56,248 nt of DNA. It comes from an uncultured Dehalococcoidaceae bacterium (lineage in GTDB: Bacteria; Chloroflexota; Dehalococcoidia; Dehalococcoidales; RBG-16-60-22). This document shows positions 19,329 through 28,811 of the stretch, one piece after another. The stretch is from positions 1-56,248 of the forward strand of contig CAYFHI010000002.1 in the NCBI GenBank assembly GCA_964342875.1, read 5' to 3'. Both the position numbers and the translations under genes were made by a program. Below the pieces are notes generated by a model. It was not told the origin of the DNA. It made no database searches and saw only the letters and a program-made list of their open reading frames with translations. Each line of letters begins with the position of its first letter. Positions within the stretch are counted from its first letter, which is position 1.

Positions 19329-19856
19329 TTAGGTTTCTTCGGGTAACTGACCGATAGCAAAGCTGCCATGACCATGGACCATAATAATCCGATGCTGCTT
19401 TAGCGCATGAGCGATAGCATCAGCCAAAATACCGAGGTTTCTTTCAGTATGCCAGCCCAGCACTGGAACCACGCCAATTTCAGATGAACCCTCGGTTTTA
19501 CCGGGAACGATTTCCTTTTCAATTAACGATAGGGCTGTTGCATCAGAAACATGAGCATGAACAACAACTGCTGCCTAGGTTTTCCGATAGATTCCCCGAT
19601 GGATCGCTAATTCCGTTGACGCTAAGGGAATCGCCCGGTTATTCTTAATAATACACCTGTTTTTATTAAATCATGCTCTTCTAGGGCGTTCAGCATGCTA
19701 CCTCTACGAGTAATTATCATACGGTCGCCAAGTATTATGCTTAGATTTCTCGTGTTAGAAGAAACCAGTCCACTGGGAAAGAGGTCTCGTCCTGCAGTCT
19801 GAAATTAAGATAAAATCACGCTTTCCTCGTTAGCTTCCAGATTAACCTTGTGTCAT
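19329..19856 (-). pseudogene. class II aldolase/adducin-family gene, multiply disrupted
   Basis: Reverse-strand translation gives FQTAGRDLFPSGLVSSNTRNLSIILGDRMIITRRGSMLNALEEHDLIKTG, then a frame change, then PLASTELAIHRGIYRKT-TAG(19575-19577)-AAVVVHAHVSDATALS...MVHGHGSFAIGQLPEET-TAA(19329-19331). A further TAA lies near the N-terminus. No ORF of 60 aa or more is in the track here. Confidence 0.75.
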
Positions 19857-19956
19857 ATTCCTGCCGTTAACAATTTACACCGATTGATAATAAAAAAACC
19901 AAACCAATAATCAGGATAAAGCTAAATACTAGTATCTATCGGTCTTTCGTTTCAGG

Positions 19957-20595
19957 TTAAGCTAATTTTCGGATAACCGCGATAACTTTTCCCTGTATAT
20001 CTACATTATCGGGTTCGGTATAAATCGGTTGCATTTGGCTATTAGCCGATTGGAGGCGGATTCGATCGCTTTCTACATAGACTTTCTTAAGAGTTACCTC
20101 TTTTTCCGCCTTCAACCATACGGCTGCCGTTTCCCCGTTTTCTACTGTATTTACGTACTGCATCAATACTATATCACCGTCATTAATCAAGGCATCCACC
20201 ATTGACAACCCCTTTACCCTTAAAGCATAAATCCCCTCTTTGTCTCTGGCCAAATCCCGGGTTACATCAAGCATTTCAGAAGCAGCCACATTCCATGTAT
20301 CGTGATTTGGCACTGATATCGGCTTACCGGCGGCTATTTGACCGATTATGGGCACCTGTGTCCTTAGATTGGAACCGGTAGACCTGCCCGACACCGTTAT
20401 ACCTCGCGATACTTCAGGATGACGCCGAATGTATCCCGCCTTTGCTAGTTTATCTAGATTGTAATCAACCACAGATGTTGAGCTAATCCCGCAACCGTAT
20501 TGAATATCCCTGATTGATGGCGGATAACTTTTATCAATCAGAAAATCCTCTACAAATTTAAAGATTCGCTTTTGTTTTACAGAAAGATCTCTCAT
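19957..20595 (-). CDS. lexA: LexA repressor
   Basis: wHTH N-terminus, Ala-Gly cleavage site (QIAAGKP) and the GLSM serine motif. I prefer the ATG at 20595 (MRDLSVKQKRIF, AGAGGA RBS) over the track start at 20619. Confidence 0.9.
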   Translation of the reverse strand: MRDLSVKQKRIFKFVEDFLIDKSYPPSIRDIQYGCGISSTSVVDYNLDKLAKAGYIRRHPEVSRGITVSGRSTGSNLRTQVPIIGQIAAGKPISVPNHDTWNVAASEMLDVTRDLARDKEGIYALRVKGLSMVDALINDGDIVLMQYVNTVENGETAAVWLKAEKEVTLKKVYVESDRIRLQSANSQMQPIYTEPDNVDIQGKVIAVIRKLA

Positions 20596-20629
20596 CTTTA
20601 TCCTCTTGTGTTGTCCCATTGCCTCATTA

Positions 20630-20643
20630 CGAACAATTGTTCT
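20630..20643. promoter_or_regulatory. SOS (LexA) box, Cheo-type CGAAC-N4-GTTC
   Basis: CGAACAATTGTTCT with perfect GAAC-AATT-GTTC palindrome, 36 nt upstream of the preferred lexA start. A degenerate second copy AGAACATCTCGTC is at 20663-20675. Confidence 0.7.
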
Positions 20644-20846
20644 ATATTACTTTATATAATATAGAACATCTCGTCAACTGCGGTGGAAATACTACGAATT
20701 GAGGTAAGATTATCATGTGCAGGGTACTGGTGTAACAATGAGATGAAATATTTAATAAAGACCAGGCTCAGACGTGCGGAGAGTATATCGCGAGACAGGA
20801 ATTACAATAAATTCAGAGTGTCATAATATGCGGTAATAATAGGTAG

Positions 20847-22295
20847 TTATGATTTACTTATTAAAGAAGTCTTTGTATTTTCCATGTTGTGTTCTAGAGC
20901 CAGTTTGTCCATTTCCAGCTGGACAGGTATGGGGTAGTCGCCGGTGAAGCAGGCTAAACAAAAATTATCCTTAGGTAAAGCCACTGCTTCAATTAGCCCG
21001 TCAATACTCGTGTATCCCAGTGAATCAGCACCGATAAAGTCGCGTATTTCCGATGTGGTGTGTTGAGCGGCTATAAGTTCATAGCGCGTTGCCATGTCAA
21101 CCCCGAAAAAGCAGGGGTAACGTAGAGGTGGCGCACAAATGCGCATGTGTACTTCTTTTGCCCCAGCTTTTTTCAGCATCCGAACCACACTTGGTGTCGT
21201 TGTACCCCGAACAATACTGTCATCAACCACCACCAGTCTTTTCCCACTCAGCATTTGCGGCATTGGATTAAATTTGAGTTTAACGCCAAGGTCACGAATA
21301 CGCTGGTCAGGTTCAATAAATGTACGTCCCACGTAACGGTTCTTGATTATTCCCTCACCTAGAGGTATACCTGATTGACTAGAATAGCCGATACCAGCAG
21401 CAGTAGCTGAATCGGGTATACCGATTACGAGGTCGGCATCAATCGGGTGTTCCCTCGCTAGAATCTTACCCATCACCTGGCGTACCGGATAAAGTAACCT
21501 TCCTTTAATGGCACTATCCGGTCGAGCAAAATATATGTATTCAAAGATACACGATCCCTGTTTTCCTACCTCTTCCCGATAACTTTCAACCCCATCGGCA
21601 GAAATAGAGACTATCTCAGCGGGTTCAATATCCCTGATATAATCAGCACCAATATGGTCCATAGCGCAGGTTTCGGAAGCTATAACCCACCCACCATCAA
21701 TAGTACCCAGGGACAGAGGGCGCACACCAAATGAGTCACGTACTCCGTAAAATCCTTGGTTGGTTAAAACTACCAATGAATAGGCACCTTGAATCCGATG
21801 CATCGCATATCTTATCTTCTTTACCCAATCTTTTTCCGAAGAGGATAGAATCAAATTGGCAATGACCTCTGTGTCTGTGGAGCTGTTAAAAGTATAGCCT
21901 TGTTCGGTAAGTTCTTCCTGTAGATATTTAGCGTTGATAATATTCCCATTATGGGCAACCGCTATCGAATTTAAACCCTTACCAACAACTATCGGCTGGA
22001 CATTACAATCACGGTTGGAGCCGGTGGTGGAATACCGATTATGCCCGATGGCTATGTAACCGCCAGCAAGCTGGCTGAGAGAGGCTTCGCTGAAAACCTG
22101 CGCTACCAAACCCATCTTGGCGTATACTTTTATATTCCTGCCAACGCTGGTAGCGATACCGGCACTTTCCTGACCACGATGCTGGAGAGCGTATAACCCA
22201 AAGAAGGTAAGCCGAGCTACATCTTCACCGGGAGCATAAACACCAAAAACACCACAGCTTTCGTGCAAGTTTATCTGCCTCTTATTCCGTCGCAA
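20847..22295 (-). CDS. purF: amidophosphoribosyltransferase
   Basis: 482 aa. Propeptide then CGVFGV Ntn cysteine, PRPP-binding VVVDDSIVRGTT, and C-terminal Fe-S cysteines. Confidence 0.95.
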   Translation of the reverse strand: MRRNKRQINLHESCGVFGVYAPGEDVARLTFFGLYALQHRGQESAGIATSVGRNIKVYAKMGLVAQVFSEASLSQLAGGYIAIGHNRYSTTGSNRDCNVQPIVVGKGLNSIAVAHNGNIINAKYLQEELTEQGYTFNSSTDTEVIANLILSSSEKDWVKKIRYAMHRIQGAYSLVVLTNQGFYGVRDSFGVRPLSLGTIDGGWVIASETCAMDHIGADYIRDIEPAEIVSISADGVESYREEVGKQGSCIFEYIYFARPDSAIKGRLLYPVRQVMGKILAREHPIDADLVIGIPDSATAAGIGYSSQSGIPLGEGIIKNRYVGRTFIEPDQRIRDLGVKLKFNPMPQMLSGKRLVVVDDSIVRGTTTPSVVRMLKKAGAKEVHMRICAPPLRYPCFFGVDMATRYELIAAQHTTSEIRDFIGADSLGYTSIDGLIEAVALPKDNFCLACFTGDYPIPVQLEMDKLALEHNMENTKTSLISKS

Positions 22296-22353
22296 CTTAC
22301 CCTACATTTTTATTATAACCAACTTCCCCTATCTCGTCAATTTTCGAGAGTAA

Positions 22354-23006
22354 TTAAGCATAGTAGCGTGATTTAAGCCATTTTATAGCAATAGCCATTG
22401 ATCTTTCATCTTGGCGCAGTCTATGACCAGCTCCATCAATAATAGTTATCTGCTTGGGGTCACCGGTAGTATCGTAAAGACGGTAAGCATGGCTGACACC
22501 AACGGTTTCATCCTTGTCCCCGTGCACTATCAGTAAAGCCCTAGGACTAATTTCAGCCACTTTGTCAATTGGGCTTATCGTCGTAAAGCCATTAAACCAT
22601 TCTTCCAAAGACAGTAACATATGACACCCGTTTATCTCTGGAAGCTACATATATTGATACGGCCGCACCACCGCTGAAAGCCAGTAGTGACAGATGATTC
22701 TTATCAATTTCCAGTAAATTCCATAGATAATCAATGGCTGTTTCTAGGTCTCTGGTCTAACCCAGCATGTCAAGATTCCCTTCGCTCTCACCCGTCCCTC
22801 TGAAATTGAAAATAAACACGGCAAAACCCTCCGCGCAAATCTTCTCCGCAAAGGCCGGATAGCCACCATCATTTGGGTCGCTTGCCTTGCCGGAAGGAAT
22901 ACCATGGCAGACAACATACAGTGGGGTAGTTACCCCTGTCTCCTAGAAGGTAGAATTGACCATATAGTACTATGTTATCGACTGTCAACGTTACTTTCTT
23001 TAACAT
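22354..23006 (-). pseudogene. alpha/beta hydrolase (dienelactone hydrolase/BAAT-like), two frameshifts plus in-frame TAG
   Basis: Three frames. MLKKVTLTVDNIVLYGQFYLLGDRGNYPT (ATG 23006); then VVCHGIPSGKASDPNDGGYPAFAEKICAEGFAVFIFNFRGTGESEGNLDMLG-TAG(22757-22759)-TRDLETAIDYLW...LLAFSGGAAV; then the track ORF 22354..22620 (LIVHGDKDETV...GAGH). Its ATG overlaps the tlyA stop as TAATG. Confidence 0.75.
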
Positions 23007-23728
23007 TATGTCAACAATATAAAGAATTCCCTGTTCCCAGAAGCTCCGGTTATCGGTGAATCGACCAGTCCTTTGAATCGGAAGTTATGCTTGATCGCCC
23101 AGGTAACGAAGCGACCAAGTACCCGGGCATGCACCAAGGAGTCTTTAACGATACCTCTCCTGCCCACTTCGCTTTTCAGCGACTCGAATTGCGGTTTGAT
23201 GAGTACTATTAAATAGCCGCTATCTTTAAGCATCTTCGCTACGGAGGGTATCACTTTTTCCACAGAGATAAAGGATAAATCTAAGACAGCTAAATCCAGT
23301 TTCTCCGGGAGATTTAGGGGATAGCGGGCGTTTACCCTTTCCATCACCGCTACCCGCGGGTCATTTCTCAGTCCGTAATCAAGCTGTCCATAGCCGACAT
23401 CCACAGCATATACCCGATTCGCCCCGCGTTTTAGCAGGCAGTCGGTGAAACCACCTTTTGACGCCCCGATATCCGCCGCTACTTTTTCGGAAACATCAAG
23501 ATGGAACTCTTCCAAGACATACTCAAGCTTTACCCCACCCCGGCTGACAAAAGGGGATTTTTCGACTATTTTAATTTCGGCTTCCCTACTCGCCAGAGTT
23601 CCTGGCTTTACTGCTACCTGCCCTGACACCAGCACCAGCCCCGCCATTACCAGATCTTGCGCTTTAGTCTGGCTTTCTACCAGACCGCGTTCTAACAGCA
23701 GGGTATCGATTCTCTGTCTTTTTACCAT
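23006..23728 (-). CDS. tlyA: TlyA-family rRNA 2'-O-methyltransferase
   Basis: S4-like N-terminus MVKRQRIDTLLLERGLVESQTKAQDLV and SAM motif DIGASKGGFTD. The ATG at 23728 lies just after the mfd stop; the track ORF extends to 23773. Confidence 0.85.
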   Translation of the reverse strand: MVKRQRIDTLLLERGLVESQTKAQDLVMAGLVLVSGQVAVKPGTLASREAEIKIVEKSPFVSRGGVKLEYVLEEFHLDVSEKVAADIGASKGGFTDCLLKRGANRVYAVDVGYGQLDYGLRNDPRVAVMERVNARYPLNLPEKLDLAVLDLSFISVEKVIPSVAKMLKDSGYLIVLIKPQFESLKSEVGRRGIVKDSLVHARVLGRFVTWAIKHNFRFKGLVDSPITGASGNREFFILLT

Positions 23729-23730
23729 TC

Positions 23731-26700
23731 CTATTTCATCCTCATCACTACTTCTCCCAGCACCCCTTTCCAATCCTTACTAAGACGCTTTAGGTTCAGC
23801 CTAATTTGAGTTGTCCCTAACTTTATATTCTCTTTCATAAGTGACTTAAGCTTTTGCTTATTTACCAACCTTCCCGGCAATAGCTGGATAACCACCTGTC
23901 CGTCATCAAGATAGATGGATTCTATGCCAGCCGGCGCCGCCAGCGCCTTAATATTCACCACGTAGAGCAGGTTTTTTACTACCGGTGGTAGCGGGCCGAA
24001 GCGGTCGTCATATTCTCGCTTAATGTCTTCTAGTTGTTCCACCCTCTCCACCTTTGCCAGGTTCTGGTACAGTTCAAGGCGAGTAAGCACATCGGGTACA
24101 TAATCATCCGGTATTAAGGCATTCAATGGTAGGTCGATTGCCGGTGCCAGAAAGCGGGGTTGCACGGGTTCCGTTAGTCCTGTCTGTTTTTCCCTATACT
24201 CCTCTACGGCCTCGGCGAGCAACCGACAATAAAGACTGAAGCCCACCGCGCTGATATACCCACTCTGTCGCGTTCCCAGCAGGTTACCGGCGCCCCTTAT
24301 TTCCAGATCCTTCATTGCTACATTAAAACCGGCACCAAGCTCAGTAGCTTCAAAGATTGTCCGTAGTCGCTTCTGCGCTGTCGGCGTCAAGTTTTTGCCC
24401 CCATCATACAGAAAATAGGCGTAAGCAAGGTTAGCGCCACGTCCCACCCTACCACGCAACTGGTACAACTGTGTCAGCCCAAACTTATCCGCCCGGTTGA
24501 CAATCACGGTATTAACGTTAGGCATATCGAGTCCGTCCTCGATAATCGTAGTGCAAACTAGGAGATCGCTTTTACCCAAGGCAAAGTCAGACATTACTGA
24601 CTCAAGCTTTTCTTCCGGCATCTGCCCGTGAGCAATGACTATCTCTGCCTCGGGCACTAGCTCACGCAATTTTTCCGCAACCAAAACGATACTCTGGACA
24701 CGATTATGCACGAAAAAAACCTGACCGTTACGTTCTAATTCCCTGATGATGGCTTCCCTGATTAAGCGATCGTTGAATTCGGCGACATATGTTTTTACGG
24801 GAAGACGATCCTCGGGAGGGGTTTCCATAGTACTCATATCCCTTACCCCCACCAAGGCCATATGCATTGTGCGAGGTATCGGCGTGGCACTGAGAGTCAG
24901 GACATCCACCTCTCGCCTCTTTTGCTTCAGGTACTCCTTGTGAGCGACGCCGAACCGTTGCTCTTCATCAATAATCAACAATCCCAAATCTTTAAAGACA
25001 ACATCCTTTTGCAACAAACGATGCGTGCCGATACAGATATCCACTGTACCCCTAGCGATTTCGTCAAGGATCACGCGTTGCTCCTTTGGTGACTTGAAGC
25101 GACTCAGTACCTCAATCCTAATCGGAAAAGCTTCCAATCTCTCCCTTACGGTCGAAAAGTGCTGCTCTGCCAATAACGTGGTCGGCACCAGTAACGCCAC
25201 CTGCTTGTTATCTATGACTGCCTTAAAAGCAGCTCGAATAGCCACTTCCGTCTTGCCATAGCCAACGTCTCCGCACACCAAACGATCCATTGGCTTCGCT
25301 TTTTCCATGTCTCCCTTGACGTCTCTTTGGGTTTCCATCTGGTCAGGAGTCTCAACATACGCAAACGAGGCTTCAAGCTCCTGCTGCCACAGCGCATCCG
25401 GAGAAAAAGCGAAACCGGGGACAACCTCCCTAGAGGCATAAAGCACCAGCAGATCCTGAGCCAGATTTTCGACAGCTTCTTTAGCTCTCTGCTTAGTGCG
25501 TACCCATTCCTGAGTGCCAAGACGACTTAATGACGGCGTGCGATCACTGGCACCGACGTAACGATTGACCCGATCTATCTGATCAGTAGGCACGTACATT
25601 TTGTCGCCACAAGCATATTGCAATACCAAGTATTCCTTTTCGCTACCGTTACTGCTTAATGTGATAACCCCGGAAAATCGAGCGATACCGTGCTCAACGT
25701 GCACTATATAATTACCCGGAGCTATATCCACCAAAAGCTGTTGGTGTGATACCGGATGACGTTTTACCTGCCGGCGTTGCTTGACAAAACCGAATATCTC
25801 GGCATCAGTAAACAGATGTGTATTACCATTCATTACCCAGCCTTCCGCCAGTGCACCCTGAACAAGAGTCAATGAACCGGGTGGCGGTATTTGCTTGATC
25901 TCATTAAGCGGCGAAGCTATGATATTTGCTTCACCAAGCAGTTCGGACAGTCGGCTTGCCTGATGACTGACAATTATAATCCGTTGTTTCTGAGTGAGAA
26001 GCTGCTTTGTCTTTCTGGCAAATAAATCCAGCTGCCCTCCGAAACTATTGGCTGATTTGAAGTCGAACCGACATAAGTCTTCGCCGATATCCCAGTCCTC
26101 CAATCGGAGAAATTTCCGGTTATTTAATTCAGAGTCCAGTTCATTCCAATTAAAATAGGGCTTTGGGAAATTACCTGGCAATTCTCCGCCTTCTAATTTC
26201 TCCGAACGTATCAGTTCGGCTTTCGCATCCAGTTCTTCCACTGAGTGCTTTATTCTCTGTGGTTCGTCAATTATAATGAGAGTATCCTTCGGTAAGTAGT
26301 TCAAGATACTATCTTTATTAAACAGGGAAATCCAAAACTGGGCTTCTACTGGTTCCTGACCTTCCAGCATCATCTCCCTTACCTGTGTAAACTGTTTTTT
26401 CGCTTCACCGGTACACCCTGTCAGATTTAGGTCATTGAAGATTCGCTCAAGTTCCGGTTTGTTCCGAAATGGCGTCAGGAGCTCCGTAGCCGGAGTAATT
26501 GCTATTGATGGCTTCGATCTGACCGAGCGCTGATTTTCCGGGTCGAAGAGACGGATACTTTCAATCGTGTTACCAAAGAACTCAAGCCTAGCAGGTAATT
26601 CGCTGTTTGGCGAATAAATATCCACAATACCTCCGCGATGGCTGACCGTACCCGGCACCTCCACAATACTTTCCTGTCTGTAACCCATTGCCAGCCATTT

Positions 26701-27204
26701 ACTGAGCAGGTGATATGGCTCAATATTCATCCCTGCTTTAATGGTGTGGCAGATAGCGTTAAAATCGCTATAAGGCAACGTTTTAGACATCAGTGCGTGA
26801 CTCGAGACAATAACAAGAGGAGCTTCCCCATCTGGCTTATTAGAGTTGTAATCTGTCAACACTGCCAATGCTTGTATTCTTTCCATTTCGTTAGCCGTAT
26901 CCGAGGCGATTCGCTCGTAAGGCAAAGCATCAGGCTTAGGAAAGGGTTTTATCCGATTGGATTGACTCCATATCAAGAGTTGTTCATAGAGTTGCCTGCA
27001 ATTATTCGGTTGTGCCGTTATTACAATAATCGGCACTTGCAGAGTTTGGTATAAAGCAGCAATCAGGAAGGACTTAGCGCCATCCAAGACTACGACGCCT
27101 TCGCCTTGTTTTGTTTTTAAGTTCTCAATGAAAGGTAGATAAATCGGCATCTCCGAAATAACATTTGTTAACTTTGTTATGTCTAGTTGCATTTTAATCC
27201 TCAA
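23731..27204 (-). CDS. mfd: transcription-repair coupling factor
   Basis: 1157 aa. UvrB-like N-terminus, RNAP-interaction region, helicase motifs GDVGYGKTEVA and DEEQRFG, and a TRG motif region. The ATG at 27192 is an alternative to the TTG at 27204. Confidence 0.95.
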   Translation of the reverse strand: MRIKMQLDITKLTNVISEMPIYLPFIENLKTKQGEGVVVLDGAKSFLIAALYQTLQVPIIVITAQPNNCRQLYEQLLIWSQSNRIKPFPKPDALPYERIASDTANEMERIQALAVLTDYNSNKPDGEAPLVIVSSHALMSKTLPYSDFNAICHTIKAGMNIEPYHLLSKWLAMGYRQESIVEVPGTVSHRGGIVDIYSPNSELPARLEFFGNTIESIRLFDPENQRSVRSKPSIAITPATELLTPFRNKPELERIFNDLNLTGCTGEAKKQFTQVREMMLEGQEPVEAQFWISLFNKDSILNYLPKDTLIIIDEPQRIKHSVEELDAKAELIRSEKLEGGELPGNFPKPYFNWNELDSELNNRKFLRLEDWDIGEDLCRFDFKSANSFGGQLDLFARKTKQLLTQKQRIIIVSHQASRLSELLGEANIIASPLNEIKQIPPPGSLTLVQGALAEGWVMNGNTHLFTDAEIFGFVKQRRQVKRHPVSHQQLLVDIAPGNYIVHVEHGIARFSGVITLSSNGSEKEYLVLQYACGDKMYVPTDQIDRVNRYVGASDRTPSLSRLGTQEWVRTKQRAKEAVENLAQDLLVLYASREVVPGFAFSPDALWQQELEASFAYVETPDQMETQRDVKGDMEKAKPMDRLVCGDVGYGKTEVAIRAAFKAVIDNKQVALLVPTTLLAEQHFSTVRERLEAFPIRIEVLSRFKSPKEQRVILDEIARGTVDICIGTHRLLQKDVVFKDLGLLIIDEEQRFGVAHKEYLKQKRREVDVLTLSATPIPRTMHMALVGVRDMSTMETPPEDRLPVKTYVAEFNDRLIREAIIRELERNGQVFFVHNRVQSIVLVAEKLRELVPEAEIVIAHGQMPEEKLESVMSDFALGKSDLLVCTTIIEDGLDMPNVNTVIVNRADKFGLTQLYQLRGRVGRGANLAYAYFLYDGGKNLTPTAQKRLRTIFEATELGAGFNVAMKDLEIRGAGNLLGTRQSGYISAVGFSLYCRLLAEAVEEYREKQTGLTEPVQPRFLAPAIDLPLNALIPDDYVPDVLTRLELYQNLAKVERVEQLEDIKREYDDRFGPLPPVVKNLLYVVNIKALAAPAGIESIYLDDGQVVIQLLPGRLVNKQKLKSLMKENIKLGTTQIRLNLKRLSKDWKGVLGEVVMRMK

Positions 27205-27293
27205 AGACCACTAGGGCTCGCCACTATGGCCAGCCCTCAGACAAATTATAACATAAATAACGACATATTAACCCTTTTTATGCGATATTCTCC

Positions 27294-27322
27294 TTGTCCT
27301 ACCTTTTCCAGACTGATATAAT
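27294..27322 (+). promoter_or_regulatory. candidate promoter for proB
   Basis: TTGTCC (27294-27299), 17 nt spacer, consensus TATAAT (27317-27322). If used, it excludes the two upstream in-frame starts and leaves a short leader before the ATG at 27345. Confidence 0.4.
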
Positions 27323-27344
27323 GAAACGAGCCAAAGTATTAATC

Positions 27345-28493
27345 ATGAATATAACTGCGAATAAAACTGACTCATCCGCTTCACGATACCACCGAATAGT
27401 TGTCAAGTTTGGGACTAGCCTGCTTACTGGAGGGCGCGGCTATTTAGATCGTGACATTATGTCTAATCTAGTAACGCAGGTAGCGAAATTACAGAGCCAG
27501 GGACTGGAACTGGTTATTGTTTCCTCAGGAGCTATCGCGTCCGGCAAGCACAAACTAGGCATCACACGAGAACTGAAGGGTATTCCTCTGAAACAAGTGC
27601 TGGCTTCGATGGGTCAGAGTCGCTTAATGTATCTATATGAGCAACTTTTCAGTCAATATAATATTAACGTGGCGCAGGCTTTGCTTACCAAAACCGACCT
27701 GTCTGACCGTGCCGGTTATCTTAATGCCCGGAATACTCTTACGGCATTACTTGAACTAGGCGTGATGTGCATAGTCAATGAAAACGACGTCGTTGCGGTG
27801 GATGAAATTGATGAAGCTAAGTTCGGCGACAATGATAATCTATCGGCAATGGTAGCCAATTTGATTGACGCTGATATTTTACTGATGCTTACCGATACTG
27901 CCGGTCTTTATTCTGCTGATCCCAGAAGTAACGATGACGCACGTCTCATCAAGCAGGTAAAAAGAGTTAACTATGAAATTGAGAAACTGGCATCCGGTAC
28001 TACCCATAGCATGGGGGTTGGTGGTATGATTACCAAAATAGAAGCTGCCAAGATGGCTACATCTTCAGGAGTGAACGTAATCGTCGCTGATGGCAGGGAA
28101 CATGATATCATCATTAAACTAGTATCCGGTGAGTCTATCGGCACTCATTTTCTGCCAACTAATAGCAAGCTTGATAGTAGAAAACGCTGGATGCTCAGCG
28201 GCCTTTACACAAAAGGGAAACTGATCGTTGATTCTGGAGCAGCCACGGCTCTGAGATCCCAAAACGGGAGCCTACTGGCGGCAGGTATAACAGATACAAT
28301 AGGAAAATTCAAACGTGGAGACATAATTGATATTTATGATAGCAATGATATAAATATCGGTTGTGGGATCGCTAATTATAGCTCTAAAGATATTGATCTG
28401 ATTAAAGGCACCCACTCTGGGAAAATTGCCACTTTAATTGGTTTTGATTATGGACCAGAGGTGGTGCATCGAAATAATTTAGTTTTAGTTTAG
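27345..28493 (+). CDS. proB: glutamate 5-kinase with C-terminal PUA domain
   Basis: RIVVKFGTSLLT, VSSGAIA and FGDNDNLSA motifs. Start chosen from the promoter geometry; the track ORF begins at 27294. Confidence 0.9.
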   Translation: MNITANKTDSSASRYHRIVVKFGTSLLTGGRGYLDRDIMSNLVTQVAKLQSQGLELVIVSSGAIASGKHKLGITRELKGIPLKQVLASMGQSRLMYLYEQLFSQYNINVAQALLTKTDLSDRAGYLNARNTLTALLELGVMCIVNENDVVAVDEIDEAKFGDNDNLSAMVANLIDADILLMLTDTAGLYSADPRSNDDARLIKQVKRVNYEIEKLASGTTHSMGVGGMITKIEAAKMATSSGVNVIVADGREHDIIIKLVSGESIGTHFLPTNSKLDSRKRWMLSGLYTKGKLIVDSGAATALRSQNGSLLAAGITDTIGKFKRGDIIDIYDSNDINIGCGIANYSSKDIDLIKGTHSGKIATLIGFDYGPEVVHRNNLVLV

Positions 28494-28502
28494 GAGGATA
28501 TT

Positions 28503-28769
28503 ATGGCTATTGGCAGACTGTACACGTCCAATGATGAGCAATTTGTTGCCGAAGTATCTTACCAATTTCATGATGAGTCAGAAATAAACTGGTGGGGAGA
28601 ACTCAGCCTCGTTGAATATAAACGTATCGGTGATAGCGGTGGCTATATTATTGAACTGGAGGATAAGCGCCGCGGGCTGTGTTACCTGAAAAAACGGGTA
28701 AACCGCGCCGTTAGTGGAGTCCCCCCCCGCTACGTTTACCATTTCTCAGGAACCGGACATCTTGCGTAA
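28503..28769 (+). CDS. hypothetical 88-aa protein inserted between proB and proA
   Basis: AGGAGG RBS 6 nt before the ATG, 9 nt after the proB stop. No family recognised (…NWWGELSLVEYKRIGDSGGYIIELEDKRRGLCYLKK…). Contains a C8 run at 28721-28728. Confidence 0.6.
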   Translation: MAIGRLYTSNDEQFVAEVSYQFHDESEINWWGELSLVEYKRIGDSGGYIIELEDKRRGLCYLKKRVNRAVSGVPPRYVYHFSGTGHLA

Positions 28770-28811
28770 TACCAGAGTCTACTTGGATACTAAACTAAGG
28801 AGAGTCCTGAA

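Noticed and set aside
19575-19577. In-frame TAG codons here and at 22757-22759 as possible pyrrolysine or other stop-codon recoding
   Set aside because: Both genes also carry frameshifts and other stops. One TAG replaces an expected TGG (a single transition). No pyl genes or recoding signals are seen, so pseudogenisation is the simpler reading.
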